Shown: piece after piece, positions 23,501-38,899 of the stretch
Numbering within the stretch: position 1 is the stretch's first letter
Layout of the letters: every line of letters starts with the position of its first letter
Source: Balanoglossus misakiensis
Taxonomy: Eukaryota > Animalia > Hemichordata
Assembly (NCBI GenBank): GCA_040954595.2
Contig: CM082578.2
Location: forward strand, 16,476,998 to 16,540,997
DNA length: 64,000 bases
Direction: 5' to 3'
Translations under genes and position numbers: made by a program
The notes under the pieces: generated by a model
Databases searched by the model: none
Told to the model about the DNA's origin: nothing
What the model saw: only the letters and a program-made list of their open reading frames with translations

Positions 23501-26500
23501 CAATATTGCAGATTGTTTCAGCCTTCCCCCACTGCCACTGAACAAGAGTTTCTCTGAATGGGTCCAACGTCTGTTTGTTACACTATAACAGTGACATAGT
23601 TTTTCCCCCATGATATTCAGTGTGCTCCAAGTTTTACATGGATCGCTCAGCCATTATTGTTGACTGGGTTTGTTTTGTCTCAGCTAATCTGTTGCGCTGG
23701 TGCGTTGTCATGTCATTGCTGAAGGTCGAAATTGGAACAACTGTCTCTTGCTTGCTGATGTCTGTGGCATCCACTTCTTGGCATACTATTATATGTACCA
23801 CACAATAAAGAAGACACAGGAGTTTGTCATGTGGGCTAAGCTTCCACATTGTATTCTTGCATTCCATGTTCTGGTGGTCCAAAGCCATAAAATGCCATGC
23901 ATGCAACACAAGCACTCTGTGGATACAGATCTTGCCACTTCACACTCATTAAAAAACACTCTTTTTTCCACTCCTGCTCATCATCAAAGTTACTGGATAA
24001 ATAAACTGGGACATTCAAAGGACTGTCAGCGCCATCCACCACACATTTCACCAGTCACTCCGACATCTAAGGTTTTTCGGAGGGGGGAATGGGCCTTGTG
24101 ATCCAAGCCATGACCTTTTTCCACTCAAGAATTTCGTTGTATCATGATTTATACAACAGAATGCCTGTTTTCCCACTCCTATCGATTTTTCTCCTCTTCC
24201 CATGTGGCCCTCCTGGAATTTAAGTGATCACAGTTTTCCAAGGAAAGAGACATTGACTTGTATTCCTTCCCAGGACAGTGGAACTGAGGCCTGGTTACAA
24301 ACTCTCTTTAAAAAATCAACGTGTGCTGTACTGTGTGGATAAATGCAGTCACACCTGATGTGACTCTAAAAAGTCTTTTATTAACTGAATATTAATATAA
24401 AACTTTTTAGTCCACGCAGACCTCATTACCTGATACTTGGAAACCAAAGTGGGCCAGTTGATAAAGTTAAAATACAGGTAATTAATAACTTGATTTCAGC
24501 AAAAGATGTGGAGTGTGTCGTACCAGAATTTTTTTCAGTAGTTTTTCATTAGTTTACATGGTTATAGATGTCAAGGGTGAATACTTCAAACCTATTTATT
24601 ATCCTCGTACCGATAAGTATATATGCATGTATGTACAGAAAAAAACACCAGATCGTCAGGTATAGGACCAGTGTTTTGAAATATTCAGTGACTGTATGTG
24701 TGGCTTACTGTCCACTCCTCAACTGAGATGGGTAGTAATCACTTCCCACAGTGTGGACACCAAGTATGTGGATAATTATTAGCACAGGGGTGTATTTTAA
24801 ATTGGCCACTAACAGTGTAGCTGCATTGGTAATCAGTGGTGTCCGCAACACAATCACTACTCAGTGGCACTGGCACATGCAGTCACTAGCTACCATCTAT
24901 GTCTCAGTAATCACTGGTTTCTACCAACTAACCAAGTGTGTGTTGGCGATTTACAGATTCCTTCTGGTGTTAAGGTATCATATCTAAAACCAAATGGAAA
25001 ACAATTAAAGTAACCAATGCAAGAACAGAAAATTGAATATCCAGTTTACGAAATCACTTCTTTTTTTACTAAATGTCGGTTTCAACGAGTGTAATCACTG
25101 GTTTCCACAACTTGGCTGAGTATCAGTAGCGTGTTAGTGATTACCAGTTGACCCTGGGACATATCACTGATGAAGTTCTCACCATGTGTGGTGGAAGACA
25201 AGTTTCTCATGACATGTAAATATGTTGGGCTGGTGGAAAGATCTGCAATGGAAAGGCCTCAAATTGTCACAACATTAAGTCACACTTATAGGGTGTGCTG
25301 ACTGATAGAGGACATACCAATAGTCACTAAAGTTTACAGCTTGGCTACCAATTTTGTTGTGTTGGTTGACTCTGGTGGTTTGAGTGGTGTGGTGCACTGG
25401 ATTAAATCTACTGGTCAGATAACGATCAAATGTCACTGTCAGCAGGTATGTGGTGGATCCCAGCTCGGCCAATGTGTGTGGCATTTTTCCTGTCCATGAT
25501 TAAGATACCAAGCGTGTGGTATACTTACCACCAGGGTACCAATATTTTGGTAGCATTAGCACCATGGGGACAATTAACTGTTCAGAGTATTTGAAGTTGA
25601 CCAGTTTCATTGCCAGGTACTTTATACCAGTGTGTGTGGCACTATACACTGTCTATACAACTGAGGCACAGAATGTGAGGTCTTTACAAAGCCTGGTCTC
25701 TATCATAATGTGTGTGGTAATATTTGGCCTTCAGCTGGTAATCCCCTAAACTGTCAGTATGGCACGTTAAAGGGATATGTTTCTATGTTCTCAGAGTGAG
25801 AAAATAGGCTTCAAAATAACTTTGCTCCAAATCCAATTGTTTTCCATGGTCAAATTGGACGTCTTGGGAAAGAAACACTGAGGTGAAACAATGTCTTCAA
25901 TTTCACCATCTTTACTAATTAACACTACATCAAGATAGAAGATAAGCTTCTCTGAGTAAGCACATGGGTGGGTACCAACTTCTACAACGTTTCACTTCAA
26001 GTAAAACAATCCTGTCCACTGAAAAAATTGGTAGTCCTATTGGCCTGATTGTTCAGCTATTCTCTGTCAATTGCATGGAAACTGGTCACCCTGCAATTTT
26101 ATAATTGAAATTTAAGTATCTTTCATTGAGACTTCTGCAGAAATGAAAATTATTTCACTGACTTTAACATTGCCAGCCGTTGAAAATATTATCTTCTGGT
26201 CAAAATTGTGGTGTATGTGTGACTGTTTCCAGACCCAGTGAATGGGATGTCCCAAAAAGTCTGTAATTGTGTGAACTAACCACTAGCAGGGAGGTTGTAC
26301 CTGCACGACCTTCACTGACCAAATCCATGGAAACGATGCAACTTCATCATTAACAAAATCTACAAAGATTCATTCGATTGTACTTCTTTTTTCATCGTCA
26401 AAGTCTACAAACCATTAAAGTCATGGAAACCATCGGAAGTTTAGGCAGACTTTTTTTGTGTGCAGTACATTTAACTCTTCCTCATGCCTATTAATTTCTT

Positions 26501-29500
26501 TTTAAAAAACTGTAAACAATGGAAAACAGTTAGCATTCAGTCTTAGCATGCTGCAATCAAGTCACATGAAAGAGTTCATTCCGGGATTGAACAAACCAGC
26601 AGATGGAGTGATCAATGGAATCAAGGATTATATGCAGATGGTGCTAATTAGATATTCGTTGGTGTTTATACTGTGGCTTTGCAATGATAGAATGACACAA
26701 TGGCCATAGCCTTGAGAGTCTGGATTGGATTTCTGGTACCTGCCTCTCACCTGTTCTTATTCCTAATTAATTTCCTTTCCTGGTGATAATCCCTAAATTG
26801 CCAAGGCCGTTCCCCGTCTTTATTGGCTGTGTGCTGCCCAGACTCCTTCCTCCCACCAAGGTCACTCCCTCCATACAGCATGGAGTTTCTGAATACCAGC
26901 AAGGTTCTGGAAAAAACCCTTCTCATCCTAAATCATGTGATGGTCACATCATAGATGTGCCTCATTGTCAATATAGACTATACACATTGCTCATAATTGC
27001 TTAACCTTCAGGTTTTCCCTTAATATGAGAGCGGCTAGAGTATGTCAAATTATAGAGAGTGTGAAAGTGAGTTGGTTTGACACAATTTACCTATGCATTC
27101 TTGCAAGACAGCTAGCTTTTCTTCCGATCTGTGATGATATACAAAAAAGAGGGTCTAGCAGATTATACTGGGAAATGACAGAATTATAAATGATGCATTA
27201 AATATTCATGAGCAAAAACAATGGAATCAGCCAATCACTGATCGTTTCAGAAATTGTGAAGTTAAGAAAATGGAAATGCGAAGCTTCTACTACTCAGATT
27301 TACACTTTCATCAACTTCTGTGCTATGGCATCATTTACTGGTACACTTTTCTATGAAAAGCTATTAGAAAAGCTGAAGAACACAGATTTGCTTTAGTTCC
27401 GCCATGAAAAAGTAAATCGGATGTGGTCTTGACCTGTGTGCTGGTCTGACACTGGGAAAAATGAATGAGGACTTAATCAAAAGTGACCTTGTGATTGTGT
27501 GAGAACCTCTATGCCAGGGTGTAGACAAACACTGACCTTTTGGGGATGTAAATCAACAAGTTTGTTCAGGGATGGCTAATTCTGCAGTGTGTGTCTACAA
27601 CTGTTCAGTTCAACAGGCAGCTAGAATGTGGCTACCCTTATTTGATTATACACTCATGTCTGTAATATGTAGACAAATACATCTAAACAGGCTGAGTGTC
27701 GATCCCTGTATGACCATAGGGTGGTTATCAGTTTAGCTGAGTACGTGTATGCAGGCCAGTTTAAGCTTGATGTGGTAATTATACCAGCAGAGAGTTCATT
27801 CTTCCATAATGACCTTCGGGCACACGTACTAGAAGCTTCTGCATGCTGCATACTGCCACTGTCAACTATCAGAAACACCAGTAAAGAATGAGTGAAATTG
27901 CTCCCTTACACCTTGCACCCTTGCTAGTTTGTCAAAAAAAGCTTTGTTATGATTGGGAATACGCTCTAGATAATATTGGAATTTCTAGCAAGATACTGGA
28001 ATTATGGGTACGGGAAAGGTCTGCATCACAAGGTCAAGAAGTGCCATTCCCACGATTCCTGTTGAACAAAGCTCCTCAAAGGCAATTAGTCAATTTTTTG
28101 GACAGTGTTTAAGATGACTCACTCAGTATTTGGTTGCCAAGAATGAGTTTTTGCAGCTATCGGAGACCAGGAGGTTATACTAAACAGCCATATCAATTGT
28201 CACCTTAAAATTGCTAGGACTAGATTGATGGCAATATTTTTATGAGGCAAGTTGAACATGAAAATCACTAGCTCTAGATATGGTACAGTGCATAGCAGAG
28301 GATCAGTTTGGTCATTAAGCTGTTGGTGAAACTCTTGTGGCCAATAGCAAGTCAGTATGGCCATTTGTTCAGTTTGACCAATGGTTGGTTTGCCAAGTGG
28401 TCCATTGCCATCAAGAAGTATTTAATTGGCTTACCAGAACATATCCACTCAATACCTTTGGATAGTCCAGTCTGTCTAACCACTAACTATTTGGCTGGAT
28501 AAGCACCATAGTTTAGTCAAAATCATTATATGAACAGATGTAGCCACTAGTTTTGGCCACTGGTCAGTTGTTATGATAATTGGCCCAACACAGGTCAGTG
28601 TGACTGAGGGTAGGTGACCGTTTTCCTGACGTAACTGTAAGAAGGGCATGTGATTTCCTAATGTGGCAGCTGCCCACATATATCCCATTTCAGGGTCATA
28701 ATATTTTTACTACATTCTTCTCTGACATGAATTCTATATCACAAGTCCACGGTTTCATTGAATCCTGAAATGTATTATTTAATTTTGTCGCTTAAATGGC
28801 AGTTAGATACAATTAAATTATTTTAGGTTTATAACTTTTGTATTGAAACTAAGGGATTTCGTAGGAAAATCAGACAAACTATAATATAATAAATTATAAT
28901 AACTAATATTCCAACTTTGACCATTGATGCCATGATTACATGTGACACATTTGACACATAAATACCCACTGACTGTTATTGTTTTTATTTGACCAATTGG
29001 ATCAGTCAATTTCTTCATGGTTGGATGGATCAGTTACAAGCCTTACATTGTTCTCTCAAGTGTATAAAAATCATTCATACATAATATTTTATTTGAGTGA
29101 AATGTTATCTTCTGTTGGAAATATCTTACAACATGCTTAAAATTCCTTGGCACCCACAGCGAACAGTAATTAAGCCTTTATTGAAATCATACCCCCATGA
29201 TTTGAAGGAGTTGGCTAATATCACCGCTTTTTTTTAAAAGTCAACTCTGGATTCATAAGAAGTGTGCTTGGATTTGTGGCTACTTATTTACAGCGCCACT
29301 GGCTGGCTACTGTGCAGGCATTAGAAATGTCGTCTGCTGTACACTCTGGTGCTCCTATCCCAACATATTAATTGCCACATGTGGATAGCCTTTAGGTCTT
29401 TCTCAAAAATCAGAAATAATGTTCAATGTTTTGCTTCTGCCTGTCCCAGAGTCCAGAAGAGAGAAAAATAACGGATGTTTTGTACTGTGATTATCAGAAT

Positions 29501-32500
29501 GTTGTCGGCTGTACAGCCCTTAGCTTGAGCTAGATTTGGGTTTGGAATGTGGACATTGTTTTGGGTCAGTTGACCCCAATTGGCCCTGTACGATTTATAG
29601 TGTCTCAAGCTGACACAACTTTTCACCTTTCCAAGTTGGACCGGATTTTACAGGGCCAATTCAGGGAAATCTCACTCTACTGATTAAACGGTATTTCATT
29701 GTTTCATATCATAAATCACATTTTTCCTATTGGATCAAATTCTTGTCTTGCTTTGCAAAAAAAAAGCCAAACATGGAATTAGTGCGTACATCAGTCTATG
29801 AAGTTGGCTCAGACAGGTGATACCATTTAAAAGAAGGGATGGTGGCTTATTCACCCGATAGAATTCCTGTTAAATCTTTTATAAGATTCTTTACAATGCC
29901 GGCAATGATAATTGTGTATGCACGTACTCAAGAGTTTGCTGATTTACAATTATAAAATTCCAACTTCCGGATGTGGTTGTAAAAATTATATTAGACTTGT
30001 TTAAATTTAAATTTATTATTATAATTGTTCACTTGAGGTGTGAACATGGGCAGAATATTTATCTATTTTTAGTGTTTCTGTAAACAGTGTGCAACCACAA
30101 CATGTACTTAGAAATGAGCTATGTTATATGCGAGATACTATCTGTTTATATCATCTCTTCTTGATCACTTCATAATTTGCCCTCTGTCTTTTAACAGCGT
30201 CTACTAAGAAGTTGTAAAAAAAAAACTGGACAGATTTGCAGGGGTTAATTTTCTCATTTATATCTGATACGAATATAGTTAGATGTTCTTATCAGAATGG
30301 TGGCGCTGTCATGAAAACTTTTGTGGCTTCATTTTGCTCTGAGTAGCCATATGTTTTACACATTAATTGTCAGTTTGTGCACGATTTGGACAAAATCTGC
30401 CTGATGCGCATGCGCAGCTATGGTGACCTATATACTGAGGTTGCTATCATTGACTTGGTTCGTTGAATATTCTGTGAATCAAGCAAATATACAAAAGATG
30501 AAGTGATTGTCGGAAATATGTGCATGTGTTGAGAGTCAATTCTACAATGTCATCCATCAGTATGTTTGATATGTAAAATATTGCTTATGATGTTTGAATG
30601 CATGACTGTGATTGATACGTCGATGATGATGTTCACACAGACCCTGCCATATTGCCTCCGTGACTTTCCTCTGAAAGGTTGGGAAAGTCTTTGTGAAATC
30701 ATTCGGGTCAATCTCCAAGACCCTCAAAAGATTGACACTTTAACCCGGGAGTTTTGGTCCAGTTTTGGAATGGTAATTTTAAGTTATTTCACAGTCATAG
30801 CAGACAGCTTGTCAGCTATGGTCAGCAGCCCAGGTCATGCCATTGCCCTCTATCACCTCACCATCAAACCAGATTACACACAGTGACAAGTCAACTTCAT
30901 GCAAGACAGCTCGTTGCCTCTCTGAAGGTGGTACCAAGCCACCCAGCTCATTTGCTTATCCTATAGACAATACTGTAGGGTTGTGTACATTGCTTCTTAA
31001 TTCACTTTTTGTAAAAGACGGAGCTGACGTCCTCGGGTTACTTTTCAACCCACTTTTTTTTTGCTTCGGACAGATCAATTGAGCTATAAATTTTCTGCCT
31101 TGTAGAAAGAGATTAGACAGATAGGTGGAGAGCTATGAACTTTTGCCCAAGGCTGATGAGAAAAATGTCACTCTAAGTATCAAATTTTACACGTTTACAT
31201 GGTTTGCTTGGTATCTGAAATTCCCATACATTCCCACGTCATGTGTCCTTGACACTTAGCACAGATTGCAGGGGCCTGGATAGCGCCCTCTTGGCACTTG
31301 CATGTAACAGAGTGATGTTGCTGCTGGGCGTTTTGAGACTGGCTCTCTCGATCCTGTCTCTCTCTCTCGCTCGCTCGCTTGTTTGGTGGGACTGGTTGTT
31401 TGACCTGAACCCTCAGACATAAGCTTAGTGGATTGAATGTATGAATGTGCAAGCTGGTTGAATAGAAGCGGAAGCACTAGCCTCTGCCATGAATGTAGTC
31501 TCATGCTTGAGTTGCTGCAGGTACCCTTTGTGTCCACTGCTATTTTTTATTTACTCATTGTCAATAGTGTCTGAGAGTTGAAGCTGGCAAACCATCCATA
31601 CCACCCAAATAGCACAGTCACATTTCACTCACTCAATCAGCACAGTTTCACAGCAAAACACTGCTGCTTTCCTAACTGTGTACACGTATTTTGAAAAGAA
31701 AGTGACAATTGTCATGGAATATTTAGCAGATAATATTATTTCAACAGTTCATTCATAACATTGAATTTACGATTCGTGAGTTCTAATATTATTTTATTGA
31801 GGGCAAAATAGTATAAGCTAAATTCTTTTTTTATAACACATTGTAGTTGTGCCTGATTTTACTGTAGACGTGCAACTCACACAGTCCTGCTGTAATAGGA
31901 AATAACTTATACATATCTCAGGAAAAAAGTTGACTAAAAGTTGACTAAGTTGACTAAATAATTTTTAGGAACCATGAGAAAATGCATTTTGATTGACTCT
32001 CAGAATTTCTACAGACAGCCGTATACAATGACTTTTGCGCTGTAACTACTTTGCAGTGAGAATTTAATGATGCAGTATCAGTTTTCAATCTCTTCCAGTC
32101 AAACACTAACAAAACATCACCACTGCCTTTCAGTCACTATGAAGGTCACTCCACACAGGGGGAAATGTGTATCAGCAAAATCTTTAGCGCACACACTGAG
32201 GTCTCACCAAATCCACTGTAAACCAAAGAAGTTTCACCCCTAAAAATAACTCACACTTTTAAAGCACTGAGCGGGACCTACTTGAGCCTATAGTGAAACG
32301 CAATTCCCGTGGCCTTTTTTTTCCTGTGCCGAAAAATGAAATCCTACCTGCTTAAGAAAACATTTTTAAGAGGGGGTATGTGTTAGTAACAATATACCAG
32401 TTGGTATAACTTACACCTCTCTTGTTCTCATACATGTGTGGCTATATACAGAGCAAAAACCAATTACACTATCCATGGGAGAAAAGATTACAAATTGATA

Positions 32501-32835
32501 CTTGTAAATTTACAAGATTAATGATGTACTTTGGTATTTATGTCTTAATTAATCTTTTTATCTTTTTTTTTTGCATTTCAGGGTGTTGCTTCAGAAGAAA
32601 AGGTGAGAATTTCATTGGAATTGTTATTTATATGTATACTTTTTGAATTACAGTAGAAATACCTGTGAGCAGATATTACCAGTATTAGCCGAGATGGCAT
32701 CTGCCATTTTCCAAGATAAACAAACAATATTCTTGTCTGCATCATACATGAAACAAAAAAACATTTTGCTCCTCCTTACAGGAAGAGAAATCTACCTCAG
32801 GGACTACAGAAAAAGATGGAAATGCTTCTGAGTAG
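20522..32835 (+). CDS. HMGA2: High mobility group AT-hook protein (HMGA1/2 pro-ortholog), ~97 aa
   Basis: Five phase-0 exons: 20522-20617 (..KKGRGRPRK..), 20779-20850 (KRPRGRPPGSKNK), 22185-22235 (KEKQSGPKRPRGRPRKW), 32582-32602 (GVASEEK) and 32782-32835 (EEKSTSGTTEKDGNASE*). Three AT-hooks plus an acidic tail. Exons 4-5 rest on splice signals and composition, so they are less certain than exons 1-3. Confidence 0.9.
20957..21042. mobile_element. 86-bp non-autonomous DNA transposon (MITE) in HMGA intron 2
   Basis: Perfect 36-bp terminal inverted repeats (20957-20992 and 21007-21042, TAG...CTA), a 14-bp spacer, and a 9-bp direct repeat CCCGACATA on both flanks (20948-20956, 21043-21051). Confidence 0.9.
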
Positions 32836-33926
32836 AGAGACAGAGAGTACTCTGTTCTGATTTGCAGAAAGTCACCTCAATGAGCCTTAAAACCCAAGGA
32901 GAATATCTCACACTGCCATTCACAGAACCTTCTTGACTGTTCTGATGTAAACAAAGATTGATGCAAGTTGGGGACAACATTCTACACATCAACCAAAACA
33001 GCAAATTCTGTGAAATTTAAAGTCAGAATATTTGTAGAAGTAGAAATGGTCAAATCCTCGTCACATTTAACCAAAAAACATATTTTGTGATCATCAGACA
33101 AACCATCAGCGGATTACAGATACCATGGAAACGGTAATCATTTACATTTTAGAAAAAGCTGGCCTTTCCCCAGAGTCAGAGTGTCATCTTTAGTGACGAG
33201 TGTGTGATTATAAAGTGATATTAAACTTAAAATATAGTTTTCTCCCCGAGACTGGCATTTTTACACAGTGTACCTGTATTCAACTTTAAGGGGACATCTA
33301 CCAGTTCCACCAGCTGTGCTTATAGTTTTTTGTTGTCAACATTGATGAGGGGAGTTTCTAGTTATTTTTTTCTGAGTGTTTGAGGGTTTTTTTCTTTGAT
33401 TGACACTTCAAATTATGTTTCCTTTTTACATCTTCAAGATTTTACTGCCAAGAAGTCTCCATAATCATGTTTTTATAAATTCCTGTCAAGTTGTAGAAGT
33501 TATATTGCTGGAAGTTATACTGTTGACCGTCAGAAATATTTTTACAATTTTGATTGAAACTTATGTCACATCAGAAGCGATGGCCGATTGTTGCAAGGGT
33601 TAGGGTGACATACCGGTAATACGTAAGGATTACGTCCTGTTACATCATGTCTGTTAATTTAATTCATTAATGTATTCTGATTTCTGCTTTACTTTTTATC
33701 GGTCAAATCACGTCCTGATGTGACTGTTGGGAATAACCAGCTCTTGTAAGTCTGAGAAAACAAGTTTAGTTTGAAAAAAAAATAGCTGTAGGATAACAGA
33801 GGTTTTTCAGAGTTATATATACACATCATATCATATCATGTGAAACTTTATATGCCAAATGCTTGATTTTTTTTTCTTTTAGAGAAGTAAATGTATCATA
33901 GTGTGCGATAGAAAGTATCTCCAAAG

Positions 33927-33934
33927 CTACCTCA
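33927..33934 (+). promoter_or_regulatory. let-7 8-mer seed match in the presumed HMGA 3'UTR
   Basis: CTACCTCA lies ~1.1 kb after the HMGA stop codon. A second copy lies in the last coding exon (32792-32799). Confidence 0.6.
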
Positions 33935-36900
33935 ATTTTTACCCTTTTACACTACCATTTTACTAATTAGTTTTTAAAGAATATTTATAGAGTACCTAAT
34001 TGTGGCATGCAGTAAAGTCTATAGAGTGCTTACCTAGATGTGTTATGTATCTTATTTGAGTTAGAATAATGAAACTTTTGTGTTTTGATTAGTTAACAGC
34101 TACAGTAAGACTTTATGTCATTGCTCTGCTGGTATAAACATTTATTCTGCTTGGGCAATTTTGTATGCATTACAGGAATTCAAAGATCCTCACTTTTATG
34201 GTAACAGTTTTGGGAGTTGTCAGCAGCTGTCTTTTTCCAGTATACTTTCTGAGAGAGTGTGGGGGTGGGGGTGGGTGGGAGGAATAGGAGGAGAAAGAGG
34301 TGTCTTATAGCAAACTTGCCCTAAGACACAGTCACCTATATTCACTATGTAGTCACTGTACCTTTTGTATGGCTGAGAAATTCTTCTATGTGGAAAGTTT
34401 GAGGGCGCTCTTTACTTAGAAACTGAGGTTTCATTAGATTTTTACATAAAGTTCCCAAAAGAGAGTTGGAGCGTTTAACCGAGTATATTTGAAAGTCGCT
34501 GCAATCACAATCCAGACATTATACATTGTATCTTGTTTATACATTCTAATGTTTATGAAAAAGAGGTATATAATCAGGGAGATACATTTTAACATTTACT
34601 TGTGAGTTTACAAAAACTGCCACAGCAAGAAGAGATTTCATTTCTAATGGTTAGATTTTCTGTAGTATACAAGATGTGATGACACTCATGGTTTTTGAGT
34701 CTTTCAGCAACTTGCTGATGCTACTGCCAAGTGTTCTTAAAATCAAGTTTTGATAACGTTTCTTTACACGAGAAAAACCTCACTATTTTCTCTCAAGTAT
34801 GTTTATATTATGGAGATCAGTCACCATTTCTTAGACATTGGAAAGTAGTTTTAACTCTAGGTTTTGAAAAATAAAATTTCTATGCTGTTTAAAATCTGTA
34901 ATGTATGCTTTCATGTTGTCACTGAAACCATAGAATTGGATTCCAAATCTCTGATAGAATCGCTGCTCTTCACAGTGCTGTTGGGGGAAACCCCGCAAGA
35001 CTTGTACACAGGGTTTTAAACACTTCACTCAATTTATTTGGTTTCCACGTCAACATTGTACATATTTATGTCATAAGAAACATAGCACCGTTATCATGAC
35101 AGTCTCTCAAACAATACAACAACATGCAGGAGTAGAATTGCACTGAATTCATTACCAAGACATTATTCATGTCTGGCAAGACTGTAAATTCTGAACATGA
35201 CACAGAGATATATGGGTAAGGGGGCAGTCATCAGGTTGCCGGTAATTCCATCTATTTTATCTTATCAATCTCTTTTTATTTATCTATCAATTTCTCTTAT
35301 TGGTATCTACACTATCTACAGCATCATCTATAGAACATTCTAGTCTATACCAACTGCAAGTTACTTACTGTCCATTTCAACACTGACATCTGATAAATAG
35401 ATGGCTACAGTAGCCCAGCATATACCATTCAACAAATTTATATAGTTGGTCTTGTAAAAGCATGCTCCACTAAATAATTTAATGTATTAATACTACTGTA
35501 CACTTTGTACTATAATTGCTGCCCTGAACAATAGTGTGCTGTGATAAGTCCCTTGTAAAAAATGTCAAACCATTAAAACCCAAGCTATCATAGCAGTTAT
35601 GTACAGATCAAACGAAAAAAAAAACATGCTCACTTTTTTCTGTTAGTACCAAAGTTATTCTGTTACATGTACAAATTCATAAATATTAGAACCACCTTGG
35701 CACTTGTACTCAGAGAATTAAACTTCACAATTGAATAAATGAATGAGCTAAATTCACTTTGAATATTTGAAGAACAGATACATGCTCTCATCCCTTTCCT
35801 TTTTTCTACAATTTTGTTGACAGGGTAAACATGAATGGAATGTATCTCTCTTGAAACTAAAACTCGCTTGTAAGACTTAGTACAAAAATAAAATTTCATA
35901 ATTCTTTTTTAGAACTAAAATACAAATATATTTGGAAGTTCATAAAATAAACAGATAAACATAAACTTTTTCTAATTGCGACTTTGGCCTGCTGCTTTTC
36001 CCTATGATCTAATTCTGAGCTACAGTGGCAAATAACAATCTGGCAGAAAGCTCTAAAATCATCCTCTTGTTCCATGTAGCGAATACCAGCAGAGAAAAAC
36101 TGGGAGAGTTGCAATTAACTCAGGCAAACAGAATGTTCAGTTCGAAGTCACCACACTCATGAAGCCCCCCCCCCCCCCCCCCCCCAAATCACTTTCTTCC
36201 ATGAGGCAGAATCAGAAACTGGCAAATCTCGTCCAAGTTTTGCCAGTCAGGACGGATGGTCGGTGACTTCCCAGAAACAAGCATCATGATTGGTCAGGAT
36301 GCACAGACGTGGGTGACATTTACCTTATATGGTATTTGGGAGATTGTTTGGTGCATAGGAATGAACTCGTAACTGTAACTTCTGCCATAGCAATGGAAAT
36401 TATTTGACAGAACCAAAACACGAAGAATCACAATGAAAGCACACATCACTAAAACTGTCACTGTGTCAGCATTCAAATTTGAAGCTTGGACAAAATACAC
36501 ATTCCTGAGATTTACCATTGTACTTTTAAGAATAAACATGCAGCATGCAATACAGGCACTAACTATACATCATACATGTATGATACTATTCATACAAAAT
36601 GTCTTAAGTACATTTAGACAGTACATTTCCTTTAACAGTTCAGCTAAAACTAATATCAACTGGTAGTGTCCACATCGTCGACCCCATATGTGTAATACAT
36701 GTATATGGTTGGTTAATTCATAGACCCTAGCATATCATTAGTCAATTTGCATGGTCTACTTGGACACTAATGTGTCAGCAAGTCAGAAGGCTACCATCAT
36801 TACACCCAGATTAAGCCTGATGACATTACAAATATATTAATGAGGCCATCACTTAATATCACCAGTCTTATTGTTTGGTTCCCATTGCCATATTGGCATT

Positions 36901-37296
36901 ACATACATGACAGACAATTATGTTGCACGGGTTTGACAGCACTGTATAGGGACACAAAAGCTTCATTCATCTTAGACACAAACAAGGGAAAGATGCATCT
37001 GGCCAGACTGATAACATATGACGTTACTTGATATGACATTACATGGAAGAAGTTTACAATCTAATCAGGTAACCATTTTATTGGCTGCCTTATCTGGGGT
37101 CAGTCTTTGGTCATAAATGAGGGATTGTTGCATACGGCATATTTCCTCAAGTTGGCCAGCCGCAGAGAGGACGGCCGGGTAGACAGATTACTTTTCCAAT
37201 CAGATCTGAAATTGATGCTCTTGATATTCAAATACAATTTCACATGTCTTTTTTTCTGATCACTTCTGTTCTACCAAATCAACAACAGACATTCTG

Positions 37297-38302
<1,006 letters not shown>

Positions 38303-38899
38303 TCTAATGGAAAGTTGTTTGCATAATCATTAAAATATAGTGCTGATTGATGTTCATCTTGATTCTTCATATTTCATAATCATGTGTTTTCATCGTCACA
38401 TCCGATCATTGTGTTTGGTCACCCTGCCTGTACGCTGTTCCATTCGGAAATATCCATGTTATTCACCATTCACAGGATTTTGCATTACATGTACAAGCAC
38501 TTGTTTGTTACTTTACCAGCTTGATGCAGCAGTATCCATCAATCATTCCACTTGACAAAGTGATGCGAGTTCGTGCGACAGGGAGTGTTTCTATGGTTTC
38601 ATTTCAAGGGTACAGCAGCAAAATTGTCAAGGATGTTGGTATACCTACTTCACATTGTGATACATCGCCTTGCGTTTATGTAAGCAATATTGAAGCGTGT
38701 GTTTATAAAACAATGCTGCGATGATTCACAGAAATTGTTTCCAAACGATATGACCTCATTGATGACCCGACAACAGGCTCGTTTACAGCGATATACAAAA
38801 TGCGAGGATGTGACACGATAATGGGAAGAGTAATAATTCCAATAAACTGATAAAAATCATTTTTTCTGTTTACTTATAGTAATTTTACATCTTAAAAGG

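Noticed and set aside
36165-36185. Long poly-C runs (also 54403-54421, and poly-G at ~44566-44585)
   Set aside because: Simple homopolymers with no supportable function; their lengths may be assembly-dependent.
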